Origin: Deltaproteobacteria bacterium TL4
GTDB taxonomy: Bacteria > SAR324 > NAC60-12
Direction of reading: 5' to 3'
Assembly (NCBI GenBank): GCA_051382335.1
Contig: JBBCAX010000103.1
Coordinates: 1-33,495, forward strand
DNA length: 33,495 nt
Position numbers and translations under genes: made by a program
The notes under the pieces: generated by a model
Told to the model about the DNA's origin: nothing
The model's database searches: none
The model's input: only the letters and a program-made list of their open reading frames with translations
In this document: positions 28,791 through 33,495 of the stretch, one piece after another
How positions within the stretch are numbered: position 1 is the stretch's first letter
How the letters are laid out: each line of letters starts with the position of its first letter

Positions 28791-28863
28791 TAGCTGTCCA
28801 GGAAAGTTTTTTCCCTGGGAGCGAGGGTATCTTGCCCTCACCGGAGGGCAAGATGCCCTCGCT
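28789..28863. repeat. REP-like palindromic element, copy 1 (left part; interrupted by the intron and resuming at 29524)
   Basis: TATAGCTGTCCAGGAAAGTTTT..CTGGGAGCGAGGGTATCTTGCCCTC-ACCG-GAGGGCAAGATGCCCTCGCT | CCCAAGACAAA. Removing 28864-29523 restores the palindrome. Confidence 0.85.
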
Positions 28864-29523
28864 GTGCGCCTGCCATGGCGTTTAACTTGGTGGTGAAAGT
28901 CCACTCATTACCCCGACAGGAGGGAAAATGTAGTCAGAGTCAAGGGTGTCTAAAGAAACTTGGGACAGGCGCCTCAACAGAGGGAACCAACGAGTGTCGC
29001 AAGCCAATGAGGAATCTGAAGGAAGACCGAGACAAATCTGCCGTCTAAACTAGGTGTGAATCTCCGGGAGGCGGAGGCAAGGGATGAGGTAGCAGCGATT
29101 ACTAAAGTCTAATATCCTGAACGTAACTTGCAGACGTAGAAGAGGTAGGCGGGCAGAGAAAGTGAAACGAATTACCCAGGGAAGAGCCGACAGACTGGCG
29201 GACATCATAACTACGATGCTTGCCTCCGCTCAGCGACTGTGAAGACACAGAAGCGCATATTTGTGGGTTTTCAGAGGAAGCCCTAGTAGTCGTAAAGTAT
29301 CCTGCCAAGGAAGAGGTGGGCGACCCATCGGAGGAGAAAACAGGATACAAGCAGCTGGAACAATGAATGGTTCCGACTCCAGGGACTGAAGTGTATCTCC
29401 GACTTTGCTTTACCCCACTGGCTTCTTTTATCCGTAGGGAAGACCGTATTGTGAGGAGCCGTGTACGGACCCGTAAGCACGGTTCTGTGAGCGGACGGCT
29501 CCGAGAGGAGCCTCCGACTCGAT
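28864..29523 (+). mobile_element. Group II intron ribozyme, 660 nt, with the RT/maturase ORF deleted (non-autonomous)
   Basis: 5' GTGCG at 28864. Short domain V GGAGCCGTGTACGGACCCGTAAGCACGGTTCT (29455-29486, AGC triad). Domain VI hairpin with bulged A at 29517 (-7) and 3' end AT. EBS1-like loop AGCGA (29094-29098) complementary to exon TCGCT (28859-28863). Confidence 0.9.
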
Positions 29524-29760
29524 CCCAAGACAAATTAGGAAACCCCCTTAGGTTCTCAAGACACTCCCCCATCGGTTGGACGCGCCCCCTGTTAAATTTT
29601 CCATTAGCATTACAAAAACGCTATGTCAAACGATAATGGCCTTCTTCAAATTTTAATTTTTCGGAACAGTTGGTTTTTGGATGCTGTCCCTTGCTGAGCC
29701 TCCAAGCGGTTTTTCTTTTTCTTCCTTGCGTCTTTTTTTAAGACTTGAGCACTTATTAAG

Positions 29761-29862
29761 TATAGTGCTCAAGGAAAGTTTGTCCTGGGAGCGAGGGCCT
29801 CTTGCCCTCACCGGAGGGTGGGACGCCCTCCCCCCGAGACAAAATTTTTCTGGACATCTATA
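29761..29862. repeat. REP-like palindromic element, copy 2 (uninterrupted)
   Basis: TATAGTGCTCAAGGAAAGTTTGTCCTGGGAGCGAGGGCCTCTTGCCCTCACCGGAGGGTGGGACGCCCTCCCCCCGAGACAAAATTTTTCTGGACATCTATA. The right end is a 19/22 inverted match to 28789-28810. Confidence 0.85.
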
Positions 29863-29900
29863 ATATTGGTGACGGCTTTGCGCAGGTTTTTGAATTTTTT

Positions 29901-30060
29901 GGGATTGGTCACATTTTCGGCCATGTGTCAAAAAACGGTCTTTGATTTACCACCTGGTTTGGGTTTTGTTCCGTAGGGGCAGACCTGTGTGTCTGCCCGG
30001 GATTAGGGCGAACACACAGGTTCGCCCCTACAATTTGTGGCCGAAAATGTGACCAACCCC
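29901..30060. mobile_element. 160-bp MITE with 23-bp TIRs and an 8-bp target duplication, carrying a GTAG-REP doublet
   Basis: TIRs GGGATTGGTCACATTTTCGGCCA / TGGCCGAAAATGTGACCAACCCC (22/23). AATTTTTT directly repeated at 29893-29900 and 30061-30068. REPs at 29973-29998 and 30006-30031. Confidence 0.85.
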
Positions 30061-30183
30061 AATTTTTTCAAAGAGATCCCTGTTTCTCGTGTAAATTTCT
30101 CAGGTTTTTGGATTCTCAGTCGAAAACGTAACGTTTATCCTGCTTTCAAGTGGTCGCGCAGGCAAAATAACTCATGAGAAGTA

Positions 30184-33066
30184 ATGGACTCCAGCACAAT
30201 CACAGCACATCTTTCTTCAAAACTAAAAGAATTTCATACCAGTCTTTTTGAAATTCAGGATAAGGAGCTATGGATCTTCTTCCTGTCGGTCCGCATTGCG
30301 GAGAAATTCCTGTCCATCCATTTTACCACCCGGAGAGATTCCTGGATCGCGTTCCTACTACAGCATTTCTATTTATTTCCGATGGAGGTTACCGAAGTTT
30401 TGGTGCGTGAAAGCTTGGCGTTAACCGCACCTTTCAATAATGAACAATTGCTGGAGGCTTTTTTATCTTCCGCCCATTCCGATGATCGTTATTTATTAAT
30501 TGAAGTGATTCGGGAACTCCTCAGTTCAAGAACCCAGGTTCCTAAAGAAGACATTGATCTTTTTATGGGAATTGTCAAAAATCGGAGGACCTTGCACCTG
30601 ATTAGTCCGGAACAAAGTTTCAAAAATGAGCAAAGGATCTCTGTGGGAACGTCCCCGGAAAACGACTTGGTGTTGCCTCCAGATTTTATCAACGAACAAC
30701 AATGTATCATCTATTTTGAGGAAGATCATTTTACGATTCGTGGGCAAGGCGATACGGTTCTATATATCAAAGGTGAGAAATTTCAGGAGTATGAAGGCTC
30801 GATCAGCTTTTTGGAATTTCAAATTGAACACACCCCTTTGTATTTCTTTTTCCATGAAAGGGTTTTGTTTTACGAAGATTCTGTCAGTCACTACCTTTCC
30901 CTTCATCAATATTCGGTTTTCATCGCTGAAACACAACGGTATCCCCGGTTTTTATTTTGGAAAGAAGTTCCTAAAAAGGAAATCATCAAAGACCTGAATG
31001 TTGTTTTCCGCTCTGGAGAATTTGTTGGAATTTTCGGTCCTACCGGTTCAGGAAAATCGACTTTTTTGCTTTCGTTACTCAATCGTTTTGAAACCAAAGG
31101 CGAGCTGTGGGTTGATGGCATCGCGTATCGGCCCTATTACCAGCAGCACTATTATGAAATAGGCTATGTCCCTCAGGATGATCTTTTACATCGTGAACTG
31201 ACGGTTGAAGAAACATTCCGCTATTCTTTGGAGCTGAGAGGCTTGGCAAAAACCAGGCAGGAACTCGCACACCTCATCCAACACACGGTCGAACGTCTGG
31301 GCTTGGAATCGACCCTTGATATTCTCATTGGAGATGAAAATTTTAAAGGAGTCAGTGGCGGACAACGTAAACGAGTCAACCTGGGATTGGAGTTACTGTC
31401 TTCAAATTTATACCTGCTCATGTTGGATGAACCCACCTCCGGTTTAGATCCCGCGACAGAGCTTCAAATCCATCGATTACTTAAAGAATTGGCAATCCAG
31501 GGATTGACTGTGATCATTGTCTCACACAGCTTGTATGAAACCCTGACGTTCATCATGGACAAAGTGGTAATCCTCACCAATCAGGGCGAGTTGGCTTATT
31601 TTGGACCCGCGCAAAAGGTCGCGAGTTATTTTCAAGTTGAGAATATTACCGAAGTGTTCGAAGTCCTGGCCACTAAACCTTCAGCCTATTGGAAAAGTAA
31701 ATTTTGCACCATCAATAATTTTCACTATAGAAAATTCGTGCTTACCCGTCAAAATTTAAATAGCGCCAAAGTGATCAGCGATCATAAGAAGGAAGAACGA
31801 TACACCCCCAGAAAATACCGATCAGCCGCAGATGTTCATGTAGAAGTTGGGGTTTTAAAACAATTTTGGGTCTTTTCCAAACGTTTATTTCAAAGACAGT
31901 TTCGGGATCTGCAAATGCTGTCTTGGCGTTTTGGTCAATGGGGGTTATTGGCCGTTTTGATGAGTTTTGTTTACACGGCGCCCGAAAATGGCTTACTGAC
32001 CTTACTGAGCATTCTTCCGTTCTGGATGGGCTCCGCCATGACCGTCCGTTCCATCAATCACGAAAGAGCCCTTTTTCGCAGGGAACTCAGGTATCGCTTA
32101 AAAATCACACCCTATGTCCTCTCGATATTTTTTGTAAACGCCGTGATGACGCTCTTTCAAACCCTGTTATTCATGATCATCCTGTACCAACTCATGTATT
32201 TTGGCCCTCCTTTTAATTTCGGCTTTATGCTGCTGTGGCAAACCCTGTACCTCTCGTCGCTGGTGGGAATTGCTTTTGGGATGTGGATTTCCGCGCTCTT
32301 TAATTCTCAACAAGCGGCGGTGACCATCCTTCCAGGAGCCTTGGTCGTCATGATCCTTTTTGGAGGAGGCGTGTTCCCTGTGAATTTAATGAAAGAAACC
32401 GCCTATCAAATTTCAAATATTGTCGCGCCCACTCGCTGGACCTTGGAAAGCCTGGTTTATCAAGGACAATGTATGGCACAGGTCACGCCCATCAAAAGCC
32501 CTATGCATTCACGAAAGTGTCTTTTGGCCGCGATCAGTCCGTCTTTTCAATCGATATTTCAGGATTACGCGGTTGAGCCTTATGAAATTTTGAATAACCT
32601 TCAAGCTCAGGAAATTGAAACCTTAAAGGCGACCTTTGAACCTCAGACAACCCCGAAACCTGAAAATTTAAACCCTGATTTTAAAGAGTTAATGGAGGGA
32701 CGGGGATTGGAGTGGAAGCAATTCATCTCCAAAGTCACACCCCAGGATTTGAAAATCTTCGGTCAAATCAAAAAACTCGATGTCCTGATTGACGAAAACT
32801 CGCCTCCCGTTTGGGAAACCACCTGGTTTTCCCAGCTTTTCTCACAGAAACCCAAACCCAGAGCCGGTGCGGGAATGGAAGCCATGGGGTTTTACAGAGG
32901 AACCGTGGACGAATGCCTGGCAAAGTATCACTTCGATATCAACGCGCCCTGTCCTCAAGCCTTGATACACCCCGAGCAGATCCAATTCATCCTGATGTTA
33001 TATGTCATCACCTTACTTGGAGCCTGTATTACGGCGCTTGCTTATATAGGCGGCAAAGGGGCTTAG
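30184..33066 (+). CDS. ABCG-like fused ABC transporter (N-terminal extension with degenerate FHA-like domain, NBD, ABC-2 permease)
   Basis: RISVGTSPENDLVL (FHA-like), GPTGSGKST, GYVPQDD, GVSGGQRKRVN, LMLDEPTSGLD, VSH, then ABC-2 TM helices with ERALFRRE. Confidence 0.9.
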   Translation: MDSSTITAHLSSKLKEFHTSLFEIQDKELWIFFLSVRIAEKFLSIHFTTRRDSWIAFLLQHFYLFPMEVTEVLVRESLALTAPFNNEQLLEAFLSSAHSDDRYLLIEVIRELLSSRTQVPKEDIDLFMGIVKNRRTLHLISPEQSFKNEQRISVGTSPENDLVLPPDFINEQQCIIYFEEDHFTIRGQGDTVLYIKGEKFQEYEGSISFLEFQIEHTPLYFFFHERVLFYEDSVSHYLSLHQYSVFIAETQRYPRFLFWKEVPKKEIIKDLNVVFRSGEFVGIFGPTGSGKSTFLLSLLNRFETKGELWVDGIAYRPYYQQHYYEIGYVPQDDLLHRELTVEETFRYSLELRGLAKTRQELAHLIQHTVERLGLESTLDILIGDENFKGVSGGQRKRVNLGLELLSSNLYLLMLDEPTSGLDPATELQIHRLLKELAIQGLTVIIVSHSLYETLTFIMDKVVILTNQGELAYFGPAQKVASYFQVENITEVFEVLATKPSAYWKSKFCTINNFHYRKFVLTRQNLNSAKVISDHKKEERYTPRKYRSAADVHVEVGVLKQFWVFSKRLFQRQFRDLQMLSWRFGQWGLLAVLMSFVYTAPENGLLTLLSILPFWMGSAMTVRSINHERALFRRELRYRLKITPYVLSIFFVNAVMTLFQTLLFMIILYQLMYFGPPFNFGFMLLWQTLYLSSLVGIAFGMWISALFNSQQAAVTILPGALVVMILFGGGVFPVNLMKETAYQISNIVAPTRWTLESLVYQGQCMAQVTPIKSPMHSRKCLLAAISPSFQSIFQDYAVEPYEILNNLQAQEIETLKATFEPQTTPKPENLNPDFKELMEGRGLEWKQFISKVTPQDLKIFGQIKKLDVLIDENSPPVWETTWFSQLFSQKPKPRAGAGMEAMGFYRGTVDECLAKYHFDINAPCPQALIHPEQIQFILMLYVITLLGACITALAYIGGKGA

Positions 33067-33182
33067 GAACTCACTTTCGACAGTAGTTTTTCTAAAAAAG
33101 GGATTTAGAGGACTTGGCATTGGATCTGTGCTGATGGTAGGTTATCTGCTTTTGGCAATAACCCTTCAGAAGGAGCAGAACG

Positions 33183-33404
33183 ATGAATCTATTGAATGAG
33201 TATAGCACTAAAGATTTGGGGCACTTGGGCTTGGTAGCGGGAATGTGTAAGGAACCAGGAATTCAACGGATCATAAACGAAGCGATTCCCATCGGAGGGA
33301 GAGTGTTGTCTCATGGGGAAGCGGTAGTGGGGATGATTCTGAATGGATTAGGGTTTGTCAATCAGCGGATGTATTTGACGCAGAAGTTTCCTGATTGTTC
33401 CTAA
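33183..33404 (+). pseudogene. IS1634-family transposase N-terminal fragment (DUF4277)
   Basis: TKDLGHLGLVAGMC...I..A....R.LSHGEAV.GMILNGLGF....YL. Truncated after ~69 aa and followed by a short hairpin (GGGAGGG..CCCTCCC). A possible IS end lies near 33069. Confidence 0.8.
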
Positions 33405-33495
33405 TTTTGGGGAGGGCCTCGGAACCCTCCCAATGAGGCAGAAATAAACAGATTCTGCAACCAACACTCGTGCTATTGAAATTGATTTAATCGCT

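Noticed and set aside
28791..28904. N-terminal 38 aa of the 219-aa ORF
   Set aside because: Derived from the antisense of the intron 5' end and the palindrome, not from the original DUF1566 gene.
29551..29570. AGACACTCCC, resembling an IS256-like terminus
   Set aside because: A single short match with no partner end or transposase.
29102..29931. Short ORFs over the intron and palindromes (156, 81, 89, 92 and 60 aa)
   Set aside because: They overlap structured intron RNA or repeat DNA, and none has RT motifs such as YADD.

Overview
Bacterial chromosomal window (about 42% GC by eye; the gene content is compatible with a deltaproteobacterial/SAR324-like host, which is inference only). In order it holds: a decayed ISAzo13-type transposase; a small-protein/DUF6976 (FIST-like)/STAS signalling operon; a four-gene secreted/surface operon (large repeat lipoprotein, exported hypothetical, Zn-phospholipase C/P1-nuclease-fold protein, PpiC-like foldase); a CheX fusion; cimA; a PAICS-type purC; a NadD-CinA/PncC fusion; pntAA-pntAB-pntB; a UDP-HexNAc dehydrogenase; a giant Ser/Thr kinase-AAA-GAF-PP2C protein; an FHA-like ABCG-type exporter; and a truncated IS1634-type transposase. 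The most interesting part is the ~2.8-kb accessory patch at 27290-30070. It contains (i) a 5'-truncated tandem DUF1566 gene with two variable-region-like cassettes bearing the codon signature of diversity-generating-retroelement (DGR) adenine mutagenesis plus a downstream GC hairpin, with no TR or RT in the window; (ii) a 660-nt group II intron lacking its RT ORF, inserted precisely into the arm of a REP-like palindrome, with a predicted EBS1 that pairs with the palindrome; and (iii) several different REP doublets each wrapped in its own terminal inverted repeats, plus a 13-copy amplified REP array.
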